Assembly (NCBI RefSeq): GCF_000150275.1
Contig: NW_002060957.1
Span: 1,166,445 to 1,230,444, forward strand
From: Trichoplax adhaerens
Taxonomy: Eukaryota > Animalia > Placozoa
Reading direction: 5' to 3'
Length of the DNA stretch: 64,000 nucleotides
The translations under genes and the position numbers were made by a program. The notes below the pieces were generated by a model. The model ran no database searches and was not told the origin of the DNA. It worked only from the letters and a program-made list of their open reading frames with translations. Below, one piece after another: positions 11,501-24,785 of this stretch; the first letter of the stretch is position 1; every line of letters starts with the position of its first letter.

Positions 11501-12642
11501 GCTAAATACTTCCAGGACATAATTACATAACATTTATGCTCTTCCTATTAAAAATATTTTTAAAATTAAGCCATACTAATAACAATGTACGCTGCTTAAA
11601 ATTAAATGACAATAGCTGGTAGATTTGGGAGCTACTGAAGCGGAAGAATTTTTGAAAGCAAGTAATGCCCAAAGGTAACTGTCCTTGAGGCACGCTTTTG
11701 CTTTTGGCATGAATATAACATAATGGACGCATAATAAAGTAAATTTATAAAGTCCCATGAAAATTGTCTTCTAGTGCATTATCCAAGATTGTTACGACTG
11801 GATTCCGTGCGCTAAATCTTGAATATTTTTTTACTGCTGGCAAAGATGAAGTTAGAGCGTGGACTATCATGGTTAGTGTCAATAAATTCATGATACAGTG
11901 ACTACTGCCGCACCGTGTCTGTTGAATGAGGCAGGCAATTAAATTATTGCGAGTTGTTATGCTGTACTATCATATAAAAGCTAACCTCAGAGTACTTGCA
12001 TATGTTACTATTTCGGTCGTAAACTAATTTTAGTGCTTTTTTGATACTAGAAATTGTTCATTTAACTTGTTTTAAACTGATTTATGATGCAGTATAACTA
12101 TTTTATTGTAATTTAGAAAGGTACAAAAGCGCCACAAGCAGCTGGTAAGATCCATACCGATTTCGAGAAGGGATTCATAATGGCAGAGGTAAGCCAAAAT
12201 TTTGTAAACTTTATTAGAAACTTTCCTTCCTTTATGGCGATTTGATTGATATGCTAATGTAACCTTCAACTTGGTATTAGGTAATGAAGTTCGACGACTA
12301 CAAAGAACTGGAATCCGAAGCTAATGTTAAGGTATAGTGTTCAATCTGTTAAGCTGGTTGTCAGTTCGTGCATCATTAAATATTATATTCTCAAATAAGA
12401 GGGATCGTATTGATTAATAATCAGCTCCTTTGCCAGCTTTTGAAATATACCCTCCATTTAATTATTATAAAAAGTTTTGCAATTTTTTAGAACCATAGAG
12501 TATCATATAATGCAAGTTCCTAAATATTTTTTAGGCGGCTGGAAAGTATAGACAGCAAGGCAGAAACTATACCGTGGAAGATGGGGATATCATCTTCTTT
12601 AAATTCAATGCAGGCGCCGGTTTAACGTCGAAAAAGAAATGA
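8503..12642 (+). CDS. OLA1: Obg-like ATPase 1 (YchF/OLA1), 17 exons: 8503-8600, 9368-9438, 9566-9577, 9706-9766, 9866-9932, 10037-10097, 10281-10372, 10462-10488, 10593-10649, 10763-10840, 11072-11169, 11328-11409, 11615-11674, 11775-11871, 12117-12188, 12281-12331, 12535-12642
   Basis: Spliced translation gives MPPKKKE...[29 protein letters not shown]...[26 protein letters not shown]...[23 protein letters not shown]...[15 protein letters not shown]...[39 protein letters not shown]...[28 protein letters not shown]. All junctions are in phase. Confidence 0.97.
9578..9705 (+). other. Non-canonical AT-AC intron (OLA1 intron 3, 128 nt)
   Basis: The junction GAA A|ATAAGT...TTATAC|GT CGA restores the conserved DPNESRVPVPD; the nearby GT/AG pairing I tested shifts the frame. 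TACTAAC at 9668-9674. Confidence 0.85.
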
Positions 12643-13067
12643 AAGACCCAAACGCCAATTGCTGGTAGTTAGTCGATTTATTCTACAGAGCTGCAATTTT
12701 ATTGATTTCTTAATATCGAACAATTTGGTACGAGACCAACAGGTCGAAAAAAGCGTAATTGTTGAAAATTTTTCAGAATGTACTCATCATCCTAACAATC
12801 ATTTACAGTATATTGTGCTATAAGAAATCGAAATAAAATTTGTTCACCTATGTTACCATATTAATATAAATCTATAGCCTATTCCTATTTGTAATTCGAT
12901 TACATATAAAGACGACTATTATGCATTATGAACGTCTTCGTATGATATGAGAGATTAGTTTTATCTTGTGAAATTTGGAGTTGAAGAAAGTATTAAGAAT
13001 TGTACCGCGAGTATATATCAAGATTTACAGTAGATATAATGCTTATGGGATTGTTTGTAGCTGTGAA

Positions 13068-13083
13068 GGGGGGGGGGGGGGGG
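13068..13083 (+). repeat. G16 homopolymer
   Basis: 16 consecutive G between the convergent 3' ends of OLA1 and the ZBED-like gene. Confidence 0.95.
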
Positions 13084-13514
13084 TATTAGGCACAAGCAAA
13101 ATAGTCATCTGATGAGGGAATGTGAGGCAAAGTAATATATGAGAGCGTAAGGTATGGTTGGTAAAATTCTTTTTTTCATCATTTAGTGAGGTTAGATTAT
13201 GGTCCAAGTAGCTAAAATGGATAACTAGTATAAGTCCCTGCAGTTGTAAAAGAATACATCAACTTTTCGTTTAATCAGCTTATAATATGTCTTTATTCTT
13301 CTTTAATCTCACGCGCATTATTTTTGTGCCCATAAGAATAGGGTTGGCGATCTACGCGTACTTCAGAACAGGGTGATATAAAAATATAATAGTAGATTGT
13401 ATACAATTTAATCTGCATCGATTTTAAGAGTGCTGATTTTAATGTTAAGTAAGAGAAAAATGATTATTCCAACATCTTCAGAATAAATTGTAATGCGAGT
13501 GAATAGGATTATGT

Positions 13515-15566
13515 TCAGGTGGTTACGCGTAACTGGTTCCAATTTCGGCATAACAGTAGCATATGCATAAATTCTTTATGACCTGGCCAGATTTCAGTCG
13601 ATTGATATCTTTGGCTAGGATTAGCGGACAAATGATCAGGAGTGCAAGAGATTGGAATACACAGTACATCTCGTGCTAATCGAGCTAAAGTAGGAAATCG
13701 TTTTTCGTTGTTTTTCCACCACAAAAGAGGATCTGCAGCTACATCTCTGACGACGGTTGCCGTGCAAAATTGACTTACTTCGTCATCTTGGGAACTATTA
13801 TCGTCTTCTATTTCTGTATTCAGTAATCTGCTAAGCACAGAAGCTGATTGCGTTGATTCTTTTGCTTCATATCTGTATAAATCAGTCAAGAGTTGTCGTA
13901 TAGCATTGCAATCTAGCGTTGATTCATTATTTGGAAATCTTGGATCGACTAACTTAGCTAATTTAACTACATCATATTCGACGACATTTTTACACTCGCT
14001 TAATCTGATAGCCATCATATTAGCAATATATCTAATTTGTTTAGGTATTGAATTTGTTCTCTCATTATTAGTTACTTTCTCACAATGTTGCAATAATAAT
14101 TTAAACGCACTCGGTATTAAGCTCAAGTTGATGGTATGGGTTTCGCCTTCTACTGTTGCTAAATTGACAGCTTTCTCAAGAAAATTGCATACAGCAGTGA
14201 GTAATTCCCATTCATCCTGTGTTAAAGCGTAGTTAATCAAATCTAGCTCTTCTGTGTTACACATGCTATCAAAAATTGGACGTAACTTGATGGCTTGGTT
14301 AATCATATTAAATATATCTTGCCAATTGGAATCAAGATCGCAACACTGTGGTAATTGGGTACCTTGATCGTAACTAAATTCAACGACTAATTTTGTAAAA
14401 CAGTTCTTCCTTGATGCGATATGACTAACGGATAGGATAAAAAAATGAATTTTTTGAATTTGATGTTGGATAATGTGGAATCCTTCTTTTACAGCGGGTT
14501 GTATTGCATGGATCAGGCATGGAATATGCCAATCATCATCACCCGATAATTGCTTAATGCTACATTCTTGAAATATTAAATTTTGCAGCAAATGCAATGA
14601 ATTTCTCATATTTACTTCGGATTCACTGGTTATGGAAACAATTTTCCTTTTAATCCCCCACTGGCATATTTGACGATAAATAATATCGCATAAGACTTGA
14701 TCGTAAGTGTTTGAGTAAAGAGCAGGAGAATGTGCAACATGAAGTAATAAACGTTTGAGTATCCATTGATCATTAATCCAGTTAGCTGAAATTGTAATTG
14801 AACCTTTTGGAACAGAGCGTGAAGAACAATCAATCGATAGAGCAATCTTGGATGTTACTGTACGTATCGATGTTTTGGCTATGCGGCATAAAATGCTAAA
14901 ATAATCACTAATATAGTTCTGAATTGTGGTTCTATCTGGAGGTACATAGTAAGGTTGCAGTCTGTGTAACATTTCTGTAAATTTTCTATTTTCAACATCA
15001 CTAAGAGGGATGATACCATGGATCATCCAAGCTCCGATCGATTCTACAATATCATTATTGAACGATTGCTTGGTATGGCTTACATCATATCTCTTGTTTT
15101 TGATTTTAATTTCAGTTTTAGTTGATTTTTCGATGGTAGGCAATGGAGTCGACTTGTCCTTAATAGGCGATAGATCAAACTCTTCTTTAATGGATAGCTG
15201 AGGTAAATTTCCTTCAGTAGGAGACTGAGTTAACATTTTCTTGATCGGAGATCGAGCTAAATTTTTCGTAATAGGAGATTCAGTTAAACTTTCCTGAACA
15301 TTGGATTCGGCTTCATTTTGTCGTACTGGTATTTCAAAATCATTTTCTTCCCAAAGATGCTTTTTAACGTGCTTTAAAAGAGTACTTGTTCCAGAGGGAT
15401 TTCTATACGATGCACTGCAACCAGGGACATGGCAAAAGGCATTGATAACCTTTCCATTGATATCTTCTACAGTGGTAAAATATTGCCATACTATACTTGT
15501 GCGACTTCGTTTTCTACTATTTATATGTGAAATATCAGCACTAACTGATAACATTTCATTATTCAT
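13515..15566 (-). CDS. hAT-transposase-derived ZBED-like protein (BED zinc finger, degenerate RNase H-like core, hAT C-terminal dimerisation domain), intronless, 683 aa
   Basis: BED finger SIVWQYF...CHVPGC...GTSTLLKHVKKH; hAT CxxH (CLIH); LTQDEWELL; LVDPRF; C-terminal DPLLWWKNNEKRFPTLARLARDVLCIP. Confidence 0.92.
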   Translation of the reverse strand: MNNEMLSVSADISHINSRKRSRTSIVWQYFTTVEDINGKVINAFCHVPGCSASYRNPSGTSTLLKHVKKHLWEENDFEIPVRQNEAESNVQESLTESPITKNLARSPIKKMLTQSPTEGNLPQLSIKEEFDLSPIKDKSTPLPTIEKSTKTEIKIKNKRYDVSHTKQSFNNDIVESIGAWMIHGIIPLSDVENRKFTEMLHRLQPYYVPPDRTTIQNYISDYFSILCRIAKTSIRTVTSKIALSIDCSSRSVPKGSITISANWINDQWILKRLLLHVAHSPALYSNTYDQVLCDIIYRQICQWGIKRKIVSITSESEVNMRNSLHLLQNLIFQECSIKQLSGDDDWHIPCLIHAIQPAVKEGFHIIQHQIQKIHFFILSVSHIASRKNCFTKLVVEFSYDQGTQLPQCCDLDSNWQDIFNMINQAIKLRPIFDSMCNTEELDLINYALTQDEWELLTAVCNFLEKAVNLATVEGETHTINLSLIPSAFKLLLQHCEKVTNNERTNSIPKQIRYIANMMAIRLSECKNVVEYDVVKLAKLVDPRFPNNESTLDCNAIRQLLTDLYRYEAKESTQSASVLSRLLNTEIEDDNSSQDDEVSQFCTATVVRDVAADPLLWWKNNEKRFPTLARLARDVLCIPISCTPDHLSANPSQRYQSTEIWPGHKEFMHMLLLCRNWNQLRVTT

Positions 15567-18500
15567 CGTAATAATTCCTCAGTTCTTACTTTAATGCAGC
15601 AATGAAAAGTCAGAATAGAAGCATTTCAATTAAGTAAGGACTTTAAGTTGGATTACTAATTTCCAGCTTATTCTTGTTGTGATGCAAGTTAGTGCAGAAT
15701 GATGTCAATAATCTCACTATCAATATTATCAGCTTGATTATACACATGAAAGCTGGTCCAAGTTCATTGATAGAATTTATATGCTAGTTAGAAAATTATT
15801 TGGACGTCATGTTATGAAAATACTTCAAAAAGAACTGAATTGTAAGCTATGTTTCCTTAAATGAAAACTTATCAGCAAAATTCATTGCATAGGCACAAAA
15901 TGATTCTTGCTTTTTATCATCATTCGATTTGATGATTGTAACCGCAATAAACGTGCCTATACTAGATTTATATATTGGTTGAGCACGAAATAATTAACTG
16001 GAACCATGCTGGAACTAATACCTGCATTTTATTAGTGATTACTACCATCAAAGCCTCTAGTGATTAGTCTTACTGATTAATAAAATACTCTAAGAATTTG
16101 CACGATTGTAGTAGGGAGGATCAAGTAACTACTGTGCAATATGCATGTAAGTATTAATGCAAACTCTAAGCCTAAGAGACAATACTACCATATGTCGACT
16201 TTTAATAAAATCTTAAATCATGATCTATACCAATTAATAATTATTAATTAGCTGGTTAGCATAATCGGCCGCAAAGTTGCTGATTACTCTCTATGAAAGC
16301 ATTCGGTTTGCTTCTAACCTGCTAACATATTTGCTGATTTACCTGGAACCAATTAGCGTAAATAGTAGCAAAATAGTAATGCACCGATAGTTACAGTATA
16401 ATCATATAATTAACCGATCTTTTTAAGCTTCAATACTTGCGTTATGATTATGCCAGTTTGGACCATGACAGGTAGTTCTGACAGTTTAAGTAGTCTTTAA
16501 AACTTTAAATTTAATAGCGACTTCCAGAGCAAGAATACGGCACTTATAGATAGATGCCAGTTAGCTGTGAATTACAAGCATAGTTAATTATATGATTATG
16601 ATCGGTGCCTTATTCTATCAGTGTACTTATAGAATACGCGTATAGATCATTGACGGCATCAATTTACGTATACAGTAAAAATTGCAGAATGTTCTTGCAC
16701 AGACATTTTTAGCTTGATTGCAAGCTACATGCTTCAGTATAAAATGATGCGGTAGTGATATTTTATCACCGTACGGAAATGGACCTTATTTGGATTCAGC
16801 TCCGAATCTTCAATTTGCATGCTGGTAGGAATCTTAAATGTATAGACCACTTTGTTTATGGCCTATACATTTAGTCCACTTACTCATTCGTAGGTAATTT
16901 CGATACTTTATGCCCATCTACGGATAAGATCTTAATCAAATTTGATTTCAAACCCAATCAATTTACTTATTCATGGACAATCCCGATAATCTAAGTTCTC
17001 ATTTTAGACAAGATCGCAATTAGATCTTTTAACCAGTCTTTTCTGGAAATGTACAATTCAAATAGCTCTAAATTACAGTAAGTGGTGAATAGTGTGGTTC
17101 AATATGATAAAATCCTGTTTACAGAACGAAATGAGGATGAGGAAGGGGAACATTAACATACAAATATTTTATGACTACTTGTCTCTAATATCAATTAACT
17201 TTAACAATAAATTTAATTCAATGATCTAATCATTCCAAATTCTACGGAATCCGTAGTACACACATCAGAGCAATAGGTATTTGTGAGAGTTGATACAAAA
17301 AATTCCGTATGTTATTTATATTGATGATACAGTACAGGTATACATCTGGATTATGAAAATGTGACAGATAATTTGAATGCGATGATTCGTAATTAGGAGA
17401 AGCAAAGAAGCTTAAAAACTACCTTCTATGTAATATCGATTGCAGCAAGTTAAAGGCAACATTAGCTGATGAGAAAGTGTACCATTGGAAATTACAAAGC
17501 AGCATAAGTAATTATTGATAGAGATATAAGTAGGGATATAATGTAGCATGACAGATACCGCTATTTCGAAGCAATCGCGAAAAAAATCTACAACTTAGCA
17601 ATTTTAATCTATAAAATTTAATTAGATGCAATAGCTACGATTAATTAATTTTTGTCTTGGTACAGTTTCTGGAACTAAATATTGATTAGTTGAAATTAGT
17701 CTCCCCTCATGCTCAATAAATGTCCTTTCTTAAACAGCAATTAATCATACAAATTGGGCTAATGTGATTATAGTCTACTTCTCTATGTATATAATTTCTC
17801 TTCTCGTATTGCTTATGTGCCTATTCAATAATCTATCTATTTTTTTGGTAATATATATATGATGGGTAGTTGTAGTGATTGATTGGAAAATTTTGAAAAG
17901 AAAATTTCGTCATAATTTCATTCCGCCTAGTAGTTTTGATTGCTTCTATCTTTCGATAATGTCAGCAGATAGAGAAAAAGCTATAGACATTTTATTCATA
18001 TTTTATCACATCTATTAAAATACGCTCAGCTACTCATTAGGCTTATTACGTTATAAATTGTAGATGCTTTACACAACTATAATATTTTATGTCATTACTT
18101 CAGTGTTAGCAATGAAAGTCCTTTAGTCTAATGCAGTTCATTTACCATTAGATTCATAACCTGATAACAGTTGATGCTGCATAAGGTAGCTAGATATATC
18201 TGCAGTTTTCGAAAGAAAGAAACTTTAGTTAACAATACATTCAATTTCAATAACAGCAAATTACTTGTCATAAGAAACTTCATCAGTTTGTAATCTGCGT
18301 AGGAGTTAATTAAATATATTGCATAGCAGATCACATAAATAATATCAAGGCATCTCATTCATATTATAACAGTATTTTTCCACAATATACAGTACAAACA
18401 GATTGTTAAAGCAAATATTATCTAGTTATCTTCATAGTCATAACATAAATATCTTCTGTTTTAATTTTTTCCCTATAGGTGACTAATATCAGTGCAATAA

Positions 18501-21500
18501 AATTTATTAAATCATTGATAAAATCTTTACGGTGTTCCTGGATATTCTCTGTATTATAGGTTAACATCTGCTGCCTTACTTAAACAAATTAAAGATGCAT
18601 GCATGCATTGCTAATGGAAAAATTTTGTCAGATATGTTTAATTGATACCATTTTACATAATTTATTAAACAATTAATGATATAATTATTTCATCATTATA
18701 ATACAGAATGTATATTATATCAGAATTGTGCACACTGAACCATCGGTAAATGTATCTACTACCTTTGGCTCTATTATCAAAGAAAAGCTTGAAAATATTA
18801 CGCTCCTAATCTTCGAAACAATAACAATATTTTCCATGTTATAATTAAATAGATTTTACAGTAGTGGTAAATTTCATCCGGTATCTTGTTTACTGTAAAC
18901 AATATTCTACTAGCTAACGTGACTGTAGAGATATTGGTCATAACAGTATCCGTGTATTTATAATTGAACAATGACAAATTCTGGATTTCTTCCAGATACA
19001 TTTATATATAATTTAATCCATTTAATCAAGAAAACGTTCTCATCTAATACTTGCTTTAGTGCTCTCTAATTTTATGTTACAAGCTTACTTTGCAGATGAG
19101 AAAATGAAAGAAAAATTAAAATGAATTACTACAAACTTATGCTATCAAGCATTCAATTAAATATATACATTTTGTTAGCTTCTTTTTAGATACCATTTAA
19201 AAGCAATATAACTTTTACTATCTTTACTAATTTTACTCGTAAATAATGTAGTGTACAAATTATTAATTAGTGTATTCAAGTAAATTATTTATGGTAATTT
19301 AATTTACTCCATATATCTTAAATACAAATATGCATACATGATTAAAAAATTACCTTTTAGTAGGTTGTTTTATTACTTACTTGTGTTGTTTATGCCATGT
19401 AGGTGTTACATCATCATCATTTACGAAGTTTTGCATTGGTTTATTGATGAATCATCGATTACATAATTAGTCAATAGTAACATGAATTAAAAGAGATGGC
19501 AATTAAAATTACATGAGAAATCTTACGCTTTCTAGTAGGCTAATGTGAACGAGACAGTAGTGATGTTAGGCTAACGCAATTTCATTGGCAACTATCGATT
19601 TCAATCATGCAGAATAACAATGTTGAAATTTGATCTTTTTCTAGTCTTGACAGATATCCATTTTTGCTCTGGAGTAGAACATTAACGATCTCCAGTCAAG
19701 AAACAAATAGCGAAGGATATTTTCTAGCTGTACCTGATGTAATCATTCTGTTGTATTTAAGCATCTAATTTGTATTTACTTATTGGATCTACCAAGGGAT
19801 GTTTAATACCTCGTATAAATTTGCATGTCTTACTCATCACTAATCAATGTTGTCCATAATCTACGGCATAGGAAAACAATTCAAATGGAATACGTTCATG
19901 GCACCTTATAAAGCTCCTTATCCTACTTTCTAAGGCCAAATTGATATTGATAAAATGAAATAAATTAGCGAAATGTATTTTTTTACCAAAGAATTTTATC
20001 TAGCTATTTGTAATAGTGGAATTGACTGATTTAGCCGCTACAAAGTACGATGGTTTGGTGTATAATTGAAATTTTTCACAAAGATATAAAATACTAGATC
20101 TTGTCCGCTATTTCTACTACCACATATTACCTGACCATACATTATATAGTGAACTATCTAGACTAATATTTCTTGCAATTTAAAATATTATATAGTAAAA
20201 AGAGGAATAGCGATATGAGCGATTTATGTGCTCAGTTATCAAAGAATAAATTGATAGTTTTATTTTTTTCCTTTATAGAAATTGTCACTAATAAAGAATT
20301 TAATTGCAAAATACGACGGTATTTTTGGTTTATATGCAATCATTCTACTAGAATAAATAATACCCTCATTATAATGTGGATTAACATAGCTTCTTTTTAT
20401 ATGTACTGGTATGACGGCTTATATTAAATTGCAACAAATTCAAATAAATTGATTATAGTTAACAGGGTTAATTAATCTTAAATTATTGATATTTATTGAA
20501 TTGATTCAAAACATATGCTGAATAGATGTAGAGAATACTTATTAATTATTACTATTGATATTAGTGAAGCATATTATTATTCTCGTTTTACAACGCGTCT
20601 TATAGATAGTGACCTTTGAAATATGACGATTGATATCAAAGATCAATGGCTATATAATAAGCTAATCACTAATTATCAGTATTGTTTAGTAATATTAAAT
20701 AACAACTATCAGTTTTTGAAATTTTGAACAACAACTATTGGATCTTTACGTTTGATGTCTAGTAGATTGAAATAGAATCAGTAATCAATATCATTCATTA
20801 CTAATATTCACTCTTTTCTCTAAATGATTCTGACTAGTTAGCAATGGAAAACCCTATATGGCTAACAAAGTTACTGAAATATGATTGTGTCGTCGAGCAT
20901 TATTAGTTAAAAGCGAAAATAAACTACTATTTTAATAATAGTTATTCATAGATATCAATTGCCTGATTTGTTGATTAACCCTCTATCGGTATTAATTAAT
21001 TCTCTCCTTTTCATATCTTTGTTGGCCATTTATTTGCCAATTTTATTCTTTGAGATATTATCAGAAACCTTTATTTGTTTACTTGAACTCAGCCTTGTGC
21101 TCCTATTACATTAAATGACATGACAATAACTTCTATCTTGATTTATTTCTTTGCTTTTTTTTATCATCATATTATTTACAGTTAACTGATATTTGCCAGA
21201 CGGTAATATTTCTTGCATAGATAATAAGTGTGCACGTAAAATACGATATCTCAAATATTTTATAGCCGTATATTTATACTCTTCAATAAAAAATATGCGT
21301 TCTGGTTATAAGTTAGCATAATACAGTTGATAACTTAATTATTTCACAATAGGAAGAAATAACTGGATCGGAATAATTCTCGTAAACTTGTCTGCTAATG
21401 TCTGCTAATGTTCATTTGATCATGGCATGTCTTTTATTTCGAAAACAATAGTTAGCCTTGAACCAGTCTACTAGAGGTCAAACTATCGTGAGATTTGAAT

Positions 21501-23789
21501 AGGTTACTTAGCTGTATAATGTTATAGAAAGGTAGAATTTTCAAAGTGAGTTTATAATTGCTTAGGTGTATTCCATAACCGACAGAACATCAGAAATTGG
21601 CTTCTGCTTTCTTTACATACTTTATTAAAGATATTTATGTACTGTTAATAGAAGTAGCAAAATAAATATTCAATCCGACCCAATTTTATGATATATAGTT
21701 GGTTGCGATGTCATAACCAATGAAGCGAACATGTTTATAGTTTCATTTTGCCAAACTAGACCCATCCATTCGCCATCTGCTGAATACATAAATGCTGGTA
21801 CGCAAATTATACATTAGTATATATCGATAAAATAGGTTTGATGGAATTGAATGGCTTTACATATAAGATATGAGTGTTCATTTAGTATAGTAGAATTAAT
21901 AGATCCAGTTTTGATAGCTATTGGAATTCATAACTGGTTTATTCTATCGTTTCTAAGTAATGAAAGATATCGCATTGAAAGAGTCTGTGCTTGAGACATG
22001 TATTCTCCTTAAAGTCGATTTTAATCAAGTATTGATTATAACGGCTGCTAATGGAGTAAACTGGTGATATGGATCACAGCCAATGCGGATAGGGATACAT
22101 AATATCAAGAGTTATCTTGAAGACCCCTTTCTTCTCACTATGGCGGTCTAGTGAATAATTACTGCTTCCATTACAGTACGGTAGTATTGTTTAGTAAAGG
22201 TAATTTTATTTGTTTTAATGAAAGGATGTCTAGCTATTCTGTAGACCATAGATTGTCGTATATGTCATATTCGCATGATAATAAATTGCACACTCTATTG
22301 ATTTTATTTAGGCTTGACGAGTCAATTGGTAAGTATTCGATTTGAAAGACTTTTGCTAACTAATTAGCGATACTGTATATATGCTTTATCATCATTAAGC
22401 CATCCTTTGAAATGTTCAATTAGAATTGATTGAAAGCATTTCCACACCGCAGTGTGCTAGCCTGGTGCCTAATGATAGAAGACAGTTTCTATGATACTGC
22501 GTACACTATACGTTTTTCGTTCCGTCTTTTAATTAATCCAAAGTATGCTGACTCCTGTTTAAATTCCTTACATTCATATAGTACCAATGGCATTAAGATA
22601 AAATTCATCGAGAAATACAGTACTATGGCAAAAGAGCAACTGCAAGATTCAGGTGGTGACTCTATCACACGTTCTGTATAATATTAGGTTATGAGTAGGA
22701 TCAATATACGAGTACAGTGTACAGATATAGTTGACTACCGTAGTGACGTGATTTAGTGAATCATTTATGAGTATTCCTTAGTTGGCCATTTATGGCAGCA
22801 ACATCATGACGTATCAGCTAACTTCAGCATTTTTGGAATGGACTTGATGATGCCACTGTCTAATTATACACTTTTGCAGTCATTTTGCATGTCGTTGAGA
22901 AAGTACCCATGGGTATTCGATAAATACAGTATAATTAATTTATTCATTTTATATAATGAATGAATTACCGTATAGTATACAGCAGAAGTCAAAAGTCTAC
23001 TTCTAAGTTGATAAATGGAGGGTAGCAACCTCGAATGAAAGTTATGATTGGAGAATCTATCTATGAATTCACGTCGTTGACTACAGTAATATTAATTTGC
23101 ATTTTGCAACAAGCTCCTTGATACAGACGTACGCTCATGCAGACTTTTTCGCTTTATCGTATCATCTATACACCAGCTGTGAAAAACACTTTGTGGCCAA
23201 CGATACCAAATCGTAATCAACTGGAATGCTAAAGACAAGTCTAACCCTAAGCCTAAATTATACTGCTGATTATTGCATTTAAATTGGAGAGAATTTAGAT
23301 ACGGGAATAACCTGATTACAGTTGGATGAGCACGGCCATGTTGTAGAAATAATGTGGCGAAAATTAATTCAGCTCAGTAGAGATCTCTGATACACTACAA
23401 CTTCCCAGTAGGTGTACTAATAACTAAAGTGTTTCAATAACTAATGGATTGCTATTCTACTGGATGATGTACCTCTAAGGAGACAATTGGGGAGAAGAGT
23501 ATAAACTCAAGCCCTTTATCGTGAATATTAAATATATTATTGTAACCCTAAAGTTAACTGATTAAACAGTACTGCTTGTTGTGCAAGTGGGGAGAAAATT
23601 GGGGAAAATGGAATGGCATGCTTCAAGTCAAGTTGATTTAGCTAAGCGCTGTTTGCAAGTCTGCAGTACATATTCTACAGTAAGAGAACGAACTAACATC
23701 GATTCATGCCAATTTCAACTATCCAATCTATTACAGCCGTTGAGAGCATGAATGTTGAAGTACAGTACAGTACAGCAAATCAGCTGCAT

Positions 23790-24235
23790 CTATCGCCATG
23801 TTGAGGTTTCTGCATGCAGACTTGGCTAATGGAATGCCAATCTGAGTATGCTACTGTAAAAGCATTCTGTAACTAATCGTATATAAATCGTGAATTTTGC
23901 TGTAATAAGTAGATTGTCAGATAGTCAGATAGTCCTTGGTAGTTAGGCGAACCTAACTTCTGTAATAAAGTGAAATTTGCAAGAAACTGTAGTTCCTGAT
24001 TTATTGTTTTGAAGATCACTTTATCACATTTTTGGGGCTGCACTACAGCTACTAACACGAACTGTGATCGTGCTTGGTGCTCTGAAGATGACTGCAAACG
24101 ACAGCCAGTTGATGGCCTATCTATCGCCATGTTGAGGTTTCTACATGCAGACTTGGCTAATGGAATGCCAACCTGAGTATGCTACTAACACGAACTGTGC
24201 TTTGAAGATGACTGCAAACGACAGCCAGTTGATAG
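23790..24235. repeat. Interleaved local duplications upstream of the Sp gene
   Basis: CTATCGCCATGTTGAGGTTTCT...GAGTATGCTACT at ~23790-23856 and ~24121-24187. ACTAACACGAACTGTG...TGAAGATGACTGCAAACGACAGCCAGTTGAT at ~24050-24113 and ~24185-24233. Confidence 0.9.
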
Positions 24236-24699
24236 CCTATACTGTGTCTAGTGTCTACGGTATGTTATTGTTGTACAGTGTACAGTGTACAGACTACAGT
24301 ATAGTACTGTACAACATGGTACTGTAATTGGGCTGATGGCAAATGTGTAAAACGAATGTCGCCTTTAGCCTCGATGCGCCAAATACCGCCTTAGCGTACG
24401 ACATCTGTTTTACTTCAGTCTACTATACGGGGTATGGGTGTACGCTATGTTATCCGGCTTTGGAGGCATGACGAGAGAAATGACGAAACGTCTTGTCTGC
24501 CTCTATGAGACATCGCGTACGCTCCACAAACTAAATTAGTCTACTATTGAAGAAGGCTGTCAAGCGGCAGATCGACTTGGACTAAAACAAGGGGCAAACT
24601 GGCACTGTGTCCAACACGCATGTCCATTTTCACGCTGACTGGTTGAGTCAACAAAGGTAGTCATTGATCGGTGAAGTCCAGCCTCTTGACTGTCTATCA

Positions 24700-24785
24700 A
24701 ATCAATTCAACGTATCCATTGGTTGATAGCAATGACGTCAGGCATCATCTGCCATCTGTCAACGTATTCGATTGGTCCAAGTGTT
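24700..24785 (+). promoter_or_regulatory. Putative Sp gene proximal promoter: palindromic CRE flanked by two inverted CCAAT boxes
   Basis: TGACGTCA at 24733-24740; ATTGG at 24718-24722 and 24771-24775; about 250-300 nt upstream of the ATG at 25019. Confidence 0.55.

Noticed and set aside
13906-15594. Short ORFs overlapping the ZBED gene, and similar antisense or alternate-frame ORFs over the Sp, Tc1-HTH, OLA1 and DPP genes
   Set aside because: They are shadows of real coding sequence or intron read-through fragments with no independent motifs.
16700-22400. Scattered exon-like segments on both strands (e.g. minus ~18140-18200 and ~18760-18805; plus 19653-19738; micro-exon-like 22312-22328)
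   Set aside because: Several can be chained in more than one frame, and none gives a recognisable protein. In AT-rich DNA such splice-like signals arise by chance. A hidden gene or lncRNA cannot be excluded without RNA-seq.
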